Below, piece by piece: positions 41,976 through 51,212 of a DNA stretch of 64,000 nt. The stretch lies in contig CAWJJC010000008.1 in assembly GCA_963843145.1 (NCBI GenBank), positions 29,311 through 93,310 of the forward strand, given 5' to 3'. The stretch comes from an uncultured delta proteobacterium. Lineage in GTDB: Bacteria; Desulfobacterota; RBG-13-43-22. The position numbers were made by a program, and so were the translations under genes. Numbering within the stretch: the stretch's first letter is position 1; every line of letters starts with the position of its first letter. Below the pieces are notes generated by a model. The model did no database searches. It worked only from the letters and a program-made list of their open reading frames with translations, and had not been told where the DNA came from.

Positions 41976-42841
41976 TGCACCTTAATAAAAAAGCCATTAC
42001 GGAAAAAATCGGTTTTGCCGTGCTGGGGATCTGCGGTCTGTTGGTGGTTTTCACCCTTTTCGGAATCCTCTGGGATATCGTTTACCACGGCGGGTCGGTG
42101 ATCAACTGGGAGTTTCTGACCCAACCGCCCCGCGAAGGCATGACCCAGGGGGGCATTTTTCCAGCCCTCCTGGGAACCTTGCTCGTCAGCCTGATTACGG
42201 TACTCTTCGCCGTTCCCCTGGGCATGTTCAGTGCCATCTATCTCAACGAATATGCCCACCAGGGTAAGCTGGTCCGCATGATCCGGCTGTCAATCCGGAA
42301 TCTTTCGGGTGTGCCTTCGATCGTCTATGGGCTCTTCGGAGTGGCGCTGTTTGTCCGGGTTTTACATTTCGGGGCCAGCATCCTCTCCGCCGGGATGACC
42401 CTGGGGCTATTGACGCTCCCCTGGACGATCACGGCCAGCGAAGAGGCCTTGAAGACCGTGCCCAAACCCTACCGTGACGGGGCCCTGGCCCTGGGGGCCA
42501 CCAAATGGCAGGCCATCCGCACCAACGTGCTGCCCTACTCCATCCCGGGCATGTTGACCGGGGCCATCCTGGGTCTGGCCCGGGCGGCCGGGGAAACCGC
42601 GCCCATCCTGTTTACCGGGGCCGCCTTCTTCATCCCCGACCTGCCCAAGTCGCTGTTCGATCAGTTCATGGCCCTGCCCTACCACCTCTACATCCTATCG
42701 ACCCAACATCAGGACATCGCCCGGGTCAGACCGATTGCCTACGGCACCGCCCTGGTTTTGATCGCCCTCGTCCTTTGCCTGAACATGGTGGCGGTGTTGA
42801 TCCGCTATCATTTCCGGAAGAAAGCGCGAATGGGTCAATAA
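41975..42841 (+). CDS. pstA: Phosphate ABC transporter permease PstA
   Basis: GTG overlapping the pstC stop; GVPSIVYGLFG and RAAGETAP motifs. Confidence 0.92.
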   Translation: MHLNKKAITEKIGFAVLGICGLLVVFTLFGILWDIVYHGGSVINWEFLTQPPREGMTQGGIFPALLGTLLVSLITVLFAVPLGMFSAIYLNEYAHQGKLVRMIRLSIRNLSGVPSIVYGLFGVALFVRVLHFGASILSAGMTLGLLTLPWTITASEEALKTVPKPYRDGALALGATKWQAIRTNVLPYSIPGMLTGAILGLARAAGETAPILFTGAAFFIPDLPKSLFDQFMALPYHLYILSTQHQDIARVRPIAYGTALVLIALVLCLNMVAVLIRYHFRKKARMGQ

Positions 42842-42998
42842 TGACGGGCTCGCAAGAAGTCCGTCGACAGACCGAGGGCGATTAAGCCCCGGTCTGGGGT
42901 AGGGGTGGAACCATTTGAATTCACTTCAAATGGCGGGGGAGGGAAGACCCTCCCCCGCCGAGCAGAAAGTCGTTTTTTGACTTTTTGCGAGGTCATCA
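42842..42998. mobile_element. 157-bp MITE-like insertion with terminal inverted repeats and a 4-bp target duplication (ATAA)
   Basis: TGACGGGCTCGCAAGAAGTC ... GACTTTTTGCGAGGTCATCA; ATAA on both flanks; internal hairpins. Confidence 0.8.
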
Positions 42999-43001
42999 AT
43001 A

Positions 43002-43811
43002 ATGGTCAACATCGAATATGAAAAAAAACCAGGGGATGGCGGGGGGTCCAACGGCCAGCCAGTTAAAATCAGCGTCAAAGATCTTGATTTTTATTACGGT
43101 TCTCAAAAAGCCCTGGAAAATATCAACATGGACATTCCCGCCAATCGGGTCACGGCCTTTATCGGCCCCTCCGGTTGCGGTAAGAGCACCTTCCTGCGCT
43201 GTTTCAACCGGATGAATGAAACCATCCTGGGGACCCGAATCGAGGGAACGATTCTGCTGGACGGGGAGAACCTCTATGGCCGCGATCTGGATGTAGTGGA
43301 CGTCCGTCGTCGGGTGGGCATGGTCTTTCAGAAGTCCAATCCTTTTCCCAAGAGTATCTTCGACAACGTGGCTTACGGCTTGCGCATCAACGGGATGAAG
43401 GACAAACGGAAAATTGGGGAGATCGTGGAAAAAAGCCTGGTCGATTCCGCCATTTGGGATGAAGTCAAGGACCGGATGTATGAGTCGGCCCTGGGCCTGT
43501 CCGGCGGCCAGCAGCAGCGCCTGTGCATCGCCCGAGCCCTGGCCGTTCAGCCGGAGGTGATCCTGATGGACGAACCGGCCTCGGCCCTGGACCCGATCGC
43601 CACGCAGAAGATCGAGGACCTGATTCAGAAGTTGAAAAAAAAATATACGATCGTCATCGTCACCCACAACATGCAGCAGGCCGCCCGGGTTTCGGACATC
43701 ACCGCTTTCTTCTACCTGGGGAAACTGATCGAAATAAATGATACCGCCACGCTCTTCACCCGCCCCGAGCTGAGGCAGACCGAGGATTACATTACCGGAC
43801 GGTTCGGATAA
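43002..43811 (+). CDS. pstB: Phosphate ABC transporter ATP-binding protein PstB
   Basis: [24 protein letters not shown] and [10 protein letters not shown] motifs. Confidence 0.96.
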   Translation: MVNIEYEKKPGDGGGSNGQPVKISVKDLDFYYGSQKALENINMDIPANRVTAFIGPSGCGKSTFLRCFNRMNETILGTRIEGTILLDGENLYGRDLDVVDVRRRVGMVFQKSNPFPKSIFDNVAYGLRINGMKDKRKIGEIVEKSLVDSAIWDEVKDRMYESALGLSGGQQQRLCIARALAVQPEVILMDEPASALDPIATQKIEDLIQKLKKKYTIVIVTHNMQQAARVSDITAFFYLGKLIEINDTATLFTRPELRQTEDYITGRFG

Positions 43812-43957
43812 TCGCCCGTGATGCAGCCCAGACGCCCTCGTCCGTGTTCCCCTCGGGCGGGGAATCCCCGGGTTAAACTACTTTCACGCTTCCCAAGCGT
43901 CCTGCTGGGAATGGGGGTTTAAGACGGCGATCTCCGGCATTGCAACGACGCAGGCTG

Positions 43958-44026
43958 CGCTAACGCCTGGGTAACCGGGAGGCGGTGGGCCTTTTCCCGT
44001 TGATCTGGTGCATCCGGTCGTTATGC
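43958..44026 (-). other. attC site (cassette 4)
   Basis: R'' GCATAAC ... R' GTTAGCG; R'' is complementary to the cassette-start GTTATGC at 45353. Confidence 0.7.
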
Positions 44027-44029
44027 AAC

Positions 44030-45310
44030 TGGTCAGGTTCCCTTAATAGTGGCTCAATCGATCCTATATTTATCTGATGTCCGCAGTATTGGCAGGCACC
44101 GCTAAAATCAACGCTCTCGATCCTCGGGCGCGTCCTCACCACTGAGGCCCTCAAATAGAGACTCAAGGTCCACATCGATATCTGGATTCCCGTAGTAATT
44201 CAGAACAGCCTCCGCCGCTTGCTCTGGTCGAAGGATCTACTTTCCATAATGGTAGCAGCTCTGTATCCCTCTCAATTCCGCCAGAGCTTCTGTGGGGACA
44301 ACCCCTGATCGAAGATCCTCAATGAACTCCTCAATCGTTTCGGGCATTCTCAGATAAAGCCTCCCCGTGGATAGTCGTCACGATTTCGTCCCATTCCCTC
44401 TGCATCCGCTTCGATTTACCTCCCCTATGCCAAGTGTGGGGGATGATTCAGTCCCGGCTAGGGCACTGAATACAGACCATTCGCTGTTCTTAAGAGGGAA
44501 GCCACAAATCTTGTTGGCTGCTTTGTTGTAGGATTTCCCTAAGTTCAGTGTTATCAAGGATGGTTTCAGTTCTCTATCTTGTCTGCTTCGGTTCCTTCAT
44601 GGAGAACCCAATCAATGAGAGTCCATTCGTAGATTTCCTCTTCAAATTTGTGTTTGTATAACAAAGCCAATCACTGTGGTGTGATGCCATCTGAGTCCTT
44701 TAGCTTTTCGACTGATGGGCAATGGTTAGCTCCTCCTGCTGGTTCGGTCCGATTTCAGCGATGGCAGACAATTGAGTTACAGCGCCTGGGATATCCGGCG
44801 CATCGGTTGTGAAATCACTGCAATACAAGTCAGCACGGGCGGCCGTGCTCTAGTATCCTGCTCTAACGTTCATATCTGAATCTCCAAGGGAGCGAGCTGG
44901 CCGCCGCAAGAAAGATGGACATCCACGTCTATATGGGTCGCCTGAAGCCAACCTTAGTGGGGGAGCCGGTCATACCTTGATTTTCCGGGCCTCAATAAGG
45001 GCAATCTGAAGGATCTCACTATTGGCCTAATGTGAAAGATTATTGCAGAGATCCGAAATCCCAATATGTCTTCCACGCGGGTGAAGACGTCCTCAAACGG
45101 CAAACCTGCCTTTTGGGCATTCTTCCACAGTTTTGCCGGACGTTTGACTCTTCGGCCTCGGGTAATCTTAACTCGACTCCCTGTTCTGGCGGTTCCAACT
45201 GACTGAGCCTTAGCCGTAATAAGGCCGTCCCCTGCTCCAAGGTCTTCTCCAAATGTTGCTGCTCTGTTCTCATATTGATCCAAGAAGTCTTTTGGAATGT
45301 CCGTCTTCAA
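44030..45310 (-). pseudogene. RelA/SpoT-domain (small alarmone synthetase-like) cassette gene with long C-terminal extension; frameshifts and stops
   Basis: RVKRPAKLWK..VEDILGFRI; ATHIDV..LEIQI*TLEQD; coding-like sequence continues to a CQYCG motif just before attC. Confidence 0.65.
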
Positions 45311-45346
45311 TTTCAGGCCCCTTCACACTCTTGGTTTTGATCACGT

Positions 45347-45482
45347 GCATAACGGAAAGAGGAGGGCCGGGTGGCTTCAAAGAGGAAGAGATTATTTGGG
45401 CGTACTCACGCTCTAGAAAGGATGCCGACTATGAAATGAAACTGATAAGTAGCCCGGCTCCTCCTCCACCGACTTGTTAAGA
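45347..45482 (-). other. attC site (cassette 3, long type)
   Basis: R'' TCTTAAC immediately after a TAG; GAGGAG-gaGCCGGG / CCCGGC-cCTCCTC stem; R' GTTATGC. Confidence 0.7.
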
Positions 45483-45483
45483 C

Positions 45484-46273
45484 CTATTCTGGTTCTATAA
45501 GACTACGAACCTGCAACCTGGCATTATTCATTACAAATTGTCGTTTGAGCGCTTTTGTGACGTCCCCTGTAAGGACAAAAGGATGGCAATGATGACTCGC
45601 CGGTTTCGAAAATTCTCCTCCCCAATGCCGTCATGGGTTTCTCGTGGGATGGAATACCCAGGGCCGAGGAATCAACAAGAACCACTTAGAAACCTACGGC
45701 GACTTCCGATAGTCGGATAAGATCATGAATATTTGATGGTGTTCCACCATATTGCCGGATTAGAAGTTTAAACGACTTCTCAACTGCCAAATGCATTTCC
45801 CAAACGGCAAGCCCGATGCTGGCGTCATCTCCAATGAGGATGTCCTCAACGCTCCTTTCGATATGCAATGGAATGCTACTAATGAGGGCTTGGAGATACT
45901 TGCTAGGGTCATCTGCCGTCATCAAATTGGTTCTTATGCTTCCAGTTGCTTGGCAACTTCAGTCACTCTGTCCGCAACTCTTCAGTTCTTGTGTATCCAT
46001 AGTCTGAAGGTTGGGCGGGTTCAATATCCACTTGAGTACCTCCTCACCAGGGAGGACTTCATTGGGAAGGGTGACCCATATTCTATTATTTTCTCGAGGG
46101 GCAAATAGGGCCAGCGGCACTTTGACACGAAAGGTAGCGTGAAAAATTAGGACCAAGGCCACAGCATTGTCCTCTTCCGTCTTCAAGGCAGCAGCATATC
46201 GATCTGCGTACCATTTGGCGACAGCCACGTATAGTGTTTCCAACCACGTTTTACGATGGGTGGTCCTTTCCAT
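45484..46273 (-). pseudogene. HEPN-domain cassette gene, broken and probably 5'-truncated
   Basis: LAVWEMHLAVEKSFKLLI...PSNIHDLIRL HEPN-like motif; final frame ...RSLIEPE* abuts the attC. Confidence 0.6.
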
Positions 46274-46444
46274 TATCCCCTTTCACCTCGACCACACAAT
46301 ATTTAAAATAGGATAGCATCAATAAGGCTGTCTCCGGGAATATTAGAGAGTAGTTCTCAAAGAGGCCCATCTGTTGAAAGGCCGCAAAAGTATGATGTCA
46401 TTTCCCTCCCCCATTTTGCTTCAAGCCTTGAGGCTTCCAGCTTG

Positions 46445-46539
46445 GGTTAATGCGGCGTTGAGGCGTGGCCCGAAACGCGCCGCGGGGGCCGAAGGCCCAT
46501 GTGCGCAAGGGCCATCGCGGTCCAATGACCTGGTTGGCG
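46445..46539 (-). other. attC site (cassette 2) with degenerate R' (ATTAACC)
   Basis: R'' CGCCAAC is complementary to the cassette-start GTTGGCG; TGGCCC/GGGCCA stem. Confidence 0.6.
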
Positions 46540-46596
46540 CAGCCGTAGGCGGAGCCGACCGGGACAGGGACCCGATAGGGACGACGCCGCAGGCGG

Positions 46597-46659
46597 CGCC
46601 AACATACGGCTCACTGGGCGCCGGCTTTTTCGGCGATCCAGTGCAGCCGATGGTTATGC
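46597..46659 (-). other. attC site (cassette 1), canonical
   Basis: GCATAAC-catcg-GCTGCACTGG...CCAGTGAGC-cgtat-GTTGGCG, 6 nt after the AIPR stop. Confidence 0.9.
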
Positions 46660-46665
46660 CATGCA

Positions 46666-48579
46666 CTACTCCTCTTTGTCAGGGGCCAGAATGATGTCCC
46701 TTATCATGTCTCTGTATTTCAGCTGGCCTCCTATACCCCCCTTCATTGCTATCTTGTATTGTGCAAGTAAGTTGTTAAGCAAGGGTGTTGACTGATTTCC
46801 CTTACCAAGCTGATCCCATTTCAGAAAACTATTTAAATCGCTACCTTTTTCAAGATACTTAGGCTCTTTGAACACGCTATACTCATGTCCTACAGTTAGG
46901 TAATCGTCGGCAGTGGAAATTGCGTATTCCAACAGTGCACTCAGTACAGCCTCATTTTTGGGCTCGAAGAGCTTTAAGAACGTCTTGGTGAGGTTTTTGT
47001 TTGTAGCTGCTCTGTCAGCCGCAATGAAACAATCCTTAAGCAGCTCGACAGTCAGCATATAGAACAAGTGCCTTGTTTGTCCTCGTTGTTGCTTTTCTGC
47101 TCCACGGCCAAACTTAAAACGTGTACCCGCCTTATATAGTTGGAATGCGGCATACAGATCATCGAGACTAAAGTCCTCCTGATTAACAATTTTGTGAAAC
47201 AGACTTCCTCCCGGCGCAAATGGTGGATTCTTGCCAAATGCAATACCTGCTTCTCCTAACCATGCCGCACCATAAACCTTCAACAGGTCAAAGGCGTTTA
47301 CGCATTCGGAAAAACTGTTTGGTATCAGGGTTCTGTTTTTGGTATGCCTTTTGAGAATCCCAGCCACCGCGTTGTATTTCCAAAAACACATTGTATTGCG
47401 AAGCCAGTACTCTTTGACCACTTTTGAAAGTCACTCTCAAGGGCCAAGAAGTCCTTATCACTTACCGCATTCTGGCTGTTCGTAAATCGTGTTGTTTCGG
47501 TAAGAAGTTCATCGCCGCCTATCCCAACTTTAACGATCTTAATGACAACGATACCTTTCCCAAGTCTTCTTTTCCATGTCTCCAGTTCGGGGTTTTGACC
47601 TGTCCCGCCGGCTTCAAGCTTCCTATACAATACCTCCCAAATTGTCCTCGTCGTCTGACATCCATTGACGACAAAAGGCTCCTGTAAGTTCGTATTCAAT
47701 GTTGTTAGGCAGTTTTTCAAACTGCTCGACAACAATCGTAATTCCGTTATTGTAAAGACCAAACCTTTCAGGTTTTGTCAAAAGGGTGTTTTCAATTCCT
47801 CTGTTTACCTTCCGTCTGTTACCAAGAAACTTTCTAACATTCTTCTCATAAAGAATATCAAGATCGCCTGTTCTGGTTTTGTAGGTCTTCAGGAAATCAA
47901 ATAGTTGCACCAAACCAACGGAACCGACAAGCATTTCTTCACCAGACGGAACCAAGTGGGCGGATATCGACACGCGAGTTTTTTTCACTCGGCTGACTTC
48001 GTCAAGAGTCCTGTGATAGATTATTTCAAGGTTAATGGCATCAGTCTCAAAAATCGCCCCAAGACGACTTTTTCCCATGGCCCTAATATCTTCTACCGCA
48101 CGTTTCTCATCTTCAGACAACGGTCTTTGAGTAGCATATACAAGGACCATCTTGTCCTTCTCGGATGCCTGTTTACGAAAAGTCTGAAGCCTCTCAACAA
48201 GACCTGCCGCCTAGGGACGAGAGATTACTTCTTTTCCCGTCAATGGTATCAATCAGTTTCTGGGCTTCTTCCAATAAAGTCTTAGTCCCGGAAAATGCAG
48301 AACCATATTTACTCTGGACTAAATACCAAGTGTCACCCCCGTTAGAATTCTCTTCAGTGTCGTCACCTCTCTGTAAATACGCAATGTCTATACCACCGTC
48401 GCCCGTACCATCGCAGTAAACAACGTCATCTGGAGACTCTATGTCTTCTGCAAATTAAAGCCAATGGTTCACTAACATTTTGCGAATCTTCTGCCGAGTT
48501 CTAATGTATTGGGGCTTCCGGCTGTGACGTCAGCCAGCCATTCTGTTTCAAACGCCTCCAAGGTCAAATCATTGCTCAC
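46666..48579 (-). CDS. AIPR family protein (first cassette), several frameshifts
   Basis: GAGGAGG RBS with GTG start; GDGGIDIA, LYEKNVRKFLG, FGLYNNGITIV, VVNGCQT and NSQNAV motifs across ORFs. Confidence 0.85.
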
Positions 48580-48655
48580 GGATGCACCTCCTCAAGGAAA
48601 ACGGTTTTAATATATGCTTCCATCATCGATGCTACATTCGTTGGTTCACATTTCA

Positions 48656-48802
48656 GGCATAACATAGTATTATGCCTCAAAAATAGCATCCCTATTGAGC
48701 ACCTCTAGGAATGCTATGCCTCAAAAAAAGGCCTGGCAGCCCATAATCTCTATGTGATCATGACGCATATGACCCCAATGAGGAGGGATGCTATGCCTCA
48801 AA
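48656..48802 (-). other. attI site and associated direct repeats
   Basis: GGCATAAT-actat-GTTATGCC simple site (crossover G at 48663); TATGCCTCAAA repeated at 48671, 48715 and 48792. Confidence 0.65.
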
Positions 48803-49170
48803 CGACTCGCCGGGGCGTGGCGCCATTGACCCCCCCAGCCGCTCCGGCCTGAGGGAACCATTGCCGTACTGCGGGAATCCGGGGCACAGAAGAAGACCAT
48901 CCCGCACTATATATCCTGGATTCGCCGGTTTGTCCTCTTTCACCACGGGCAGAAGCCTTCTTCGCCGGGAGCTGATCACGTCCAGGCTTTCTTGCGCCAG
49001 CGGGGTGGAAGAACAAGTGGCCGTTCCACCCAAAATCAGGAGTTGAACGCTGTGGTCTTTTTTTACTGCACGGTGATCAGAAAGGAAATCGGCGACTTTG
49101 GCTATTTTTCTCTGGCCCGGCGAGGTTTGCGCCTGCCGGTAGTCGCTAGTCGGGCGGAAGTCAAAGTGGT
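48788..49170 (+). pseudogene. intI: Integron integrase N-terminal remnant
   Basis: YISWIRRFVLFH, STQNQELNAVVFFY and ARRGLRLPVVASRAEVK across frames; divergent from the cassette array. Confidence 0.8.
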
Positions 49171-49484
49171 AAGCCCCGTCGATACGCTGCAACCTATTGG
49201 TCTTGGTTGGCACCTTTTGTTCCCTCCGTCTTTCTGTTGGACGTCAAACGAGGATTAAAGGCCCGATGGGATCGTTTAATTTATAAAATCACTTTGCTTT
49301 AAAGATGGAGTTGATTGTAGGATTATTCGTAAAGACGGGTCAATGAAATCAATTCTTGGGGGTATTGTCAATCGAAAAGTAAGCTCAAAGAGAACCCCAG
49401 ACACGCTCGGAGGATTTAGGGAAAGAGGGGGTTTCTGAAGAAGATGGGATTAGGCGGGGTTGGGCTTTTCAAATAGGAGCTGTG

Positions 49485-49748
49485 CTATTCATAATGGTAG
49501 CGGCAAGCGATCACCACCAAATCATCATGATCAATGGCATAGACCAGCCGGTTAGTTTCATCGATGCGGCGTGACCAAAATCCCACAAGATTCTCACGCA
49601 AAGGCTCTGGTTTGCCGATGCCCGTAAAGGGGCTGCGCAGAGCGTCCTGAATCAGCAGGTTGATGCGCTTAAGTGTCTTTTTATCCTGCCCTTGCCAGTA
49701 CTGGTAATCCTCCCAAGCCGCAAGCGTCCAGGTCAACCGATTAGGCAT
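49485..49748 (-). CDS. yoeB: Txe/YoeB family toxin
   Basis: AWEDYQYWQ, GIGKPEPL, WSRRI and CRYHY motifs. Confidence 0.95.
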   Translation of the reverse strand: MPNRLTWTLAAWEDYQYWQGQDKKTLKRINLLIQDALRSPFTGIGKPEPLRENLVGFWSRRIDETNRLVYAIDHDDLVVIACRYHYE

Positions 49749-49995
49749 CCGGAAGATCTCGGGCTGCCACTTTGCCTCTACGGTACTGCTTGATCGAACG
49801 CGCCAAGTGCGCGGCATTAGCCGGGGACTTAAGCAGGTGGACGGTTTCCATCAGGCTGTTGAAAGTGTCGAGCGACATTACCACCGCATCCGGTGCGTCA
49901 CGACGTGTGATCACGGTGAAATCGGCATCCGTGACAGCCTGATCTAATATACCCTTGAGGGCGTTTCGTGCCACAGAAAAATTTACAATACGCAT
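49741..49995 (-). CDS. yefM: YefM/Phd family antitoxin
   Basis: FSVARNALK and LMETVHLLKSPANAAHL motifs; overlaps yoeB. Confidence 0.93.
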   Translation of the reverse strand: MRIVNFSVARNALKGILDQAVTDADFTVITRRDAPDAVVMSLDTFNSLMETVHLLKSPANAAHLARSIKQYRRGKVAARDLPDA

Positions 49996-50006
49996 AGCAA
50001 CACTCC

Positions 50007-50024
50007 TGTCCAATTTACTGTACA
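50007..50024. promoter_or_regulatory. YefM-type operator hexamers
   Basis: TGTCCA (50007) and TGTACA (50019), 12 bp apart, upstream of yefM. Confidence 0.6.
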
Positions 50025-50298
50025 AGTCTATCAATTGATTTCACCGAACGCAAGCACGAATCATGCCGTTGACCGCCGACGGAACCTTTTTGCCTACTCG
50101 CTGTCGAAGCTGACCCGCCGGCCTTCATAGCACTTGCGGAAGGCTGGCATCCGAAGGGTCGAAGCGCCTTATTATATCAACCGGCCTGGCCGGGCAATAG
50201 GCGGTAGAGTTTTTTACCCCCTAATACCCACCACTTTCTCTGCTTTTTCATTGAAATCATTCAATATTTCCTGATTTCCCGAAACCCGGCCGATTTGC

Positions 50299-50419
50299 TT
50301 GCTTTTAGTTCTAAGCAAGGTTATAATAGCCTTATTTGAGTGCCTTGCGCCCAAAACTTCTTCTAAGTTGTTGATTGGGCCCGCAAAGAACCCTCGACAA
50401 CTTCTTTGCGGGTTTTTTT
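50299..50419 (+). promoter_or_regulatory. Promoter and attenuator-like structured leader of the RRM gene
   Basis: TTGCTT-17-TATAAT; terminator CCCGCAAAGAA/TTCTTTGCGGG-T7 before the RBS; alternative helices possible. Confidence 0.65.
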
Positions 50420-50436
50420 ATAATTCAGGAGGTCTA

Positions 50437-50703
50437 ATGAATAAAAAAATTTATGTGGCCAATCTCCCCGCTCAGGCCAGTGAACCCGAACTCAAAACCC
50501 TTTTCTCCAACGCCGGGGAGGTCGTGTCCGTAAAGATTGTCTCTGATCGGCAGACCGGCCAGCCCAAAGGGATTGCCTTTGTGGAAATGTCCACTCAGTG
50601 GGAGGCCCGCCGGGCCATATCCATGCATCATCGAACCGACTTCAAAGGAAATACCCTGTTGGTAAAGGAAGCGATAGTTAGACGTGGTTTTCGCGGCAGG
50701 TAA
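50437..50703 (+). CDS. RRM-domain RNA-binding protein
   Basis: RNP2 IYVANL and RNP1 KGIAFVEM. Confidence 0.93.
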   Translation: MNKKIYVANLPAQASEPELKTLFSNAGEVVSVKIVSDRQTGQPKGIAFVEMSTQWEARRAISMHHRTDFKGNTLLVKEAIVRRGFRGR

Positions 50704-50723
50704 TAATTTGGATTGAAAAACAG

Positions 50724-51077
50724 TTACTTGGCGATAAGATCCAGGACTGTGCCGATAGTCCCTTCTTCCAGCTTTAAGGCATTTATATTGGCCTGGTAAT
50801 CCCGTTTGGTGAGGACCAGCCCCACGAGTTCTCCCTCCAAGTCCACGTTGGACGATTCCCTCATATCCGGACTTCCGTCCTCGGCGGGCCTGAGGAACCC
50901 CGGGGTGTCGACCCGGTCAATCACCGCTTCTACCCCGGCCGGGGAATTGTCCTTCAGCAAGGTCCGGCTACTTTTGAACCCGTCCGTGTTCACATTGGCG
51001 ATATTGTTGGCGGTTACCTGGAATTTTCGCTCAAAGGCCCGCAGCGCCGACAAGGTCGTATTATTTATCTGGACCAT
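50724..51077 (-). CDS. Flagellar basal-body rod (FlgC/FlgE-like) small protein, orphan
   Basis: ANNIANVNTDGFK and SNVDL..E motifs. Confidence 0.82.
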   Translation of the reverse strand: MVQINNTTLSALRAFERKFQVTANNIANVNTDGFKSSRTLLKDNSPAGVEAVIDRVDTPGFLRPAEDGSPDMRESSNVDLEGELVGLVLTKRDYQANINALKLEEGTIGTVLDLIAK

Positions 51078-51212
51078 GAAGAGTCCTCCTCCCCGAAAAG
51101 AGATTGGTGTATTTTTATCGGCAGGTTCGGGAAAAATCTTTACTCTTTCCTTCAGGCGTCCCCTGGAATCGATCGTTAAGCGTAAAACCCCTTCTCGTGT
51201 AAGGACCCGCAC

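Noticed and set aside
41042-42841. PstC-PstA fusion suggested by the 599-aa ORF
   Set aside because: A frameshift near 41772 explains it; the true PstC end lies in ORF 41778..41975 and pstA has its own GTG
50045-50130. attC next to yefM-yoeB (TA cassette)
   Set aside because: Only a vague left-half resemblance; no convincing R''/R' pair
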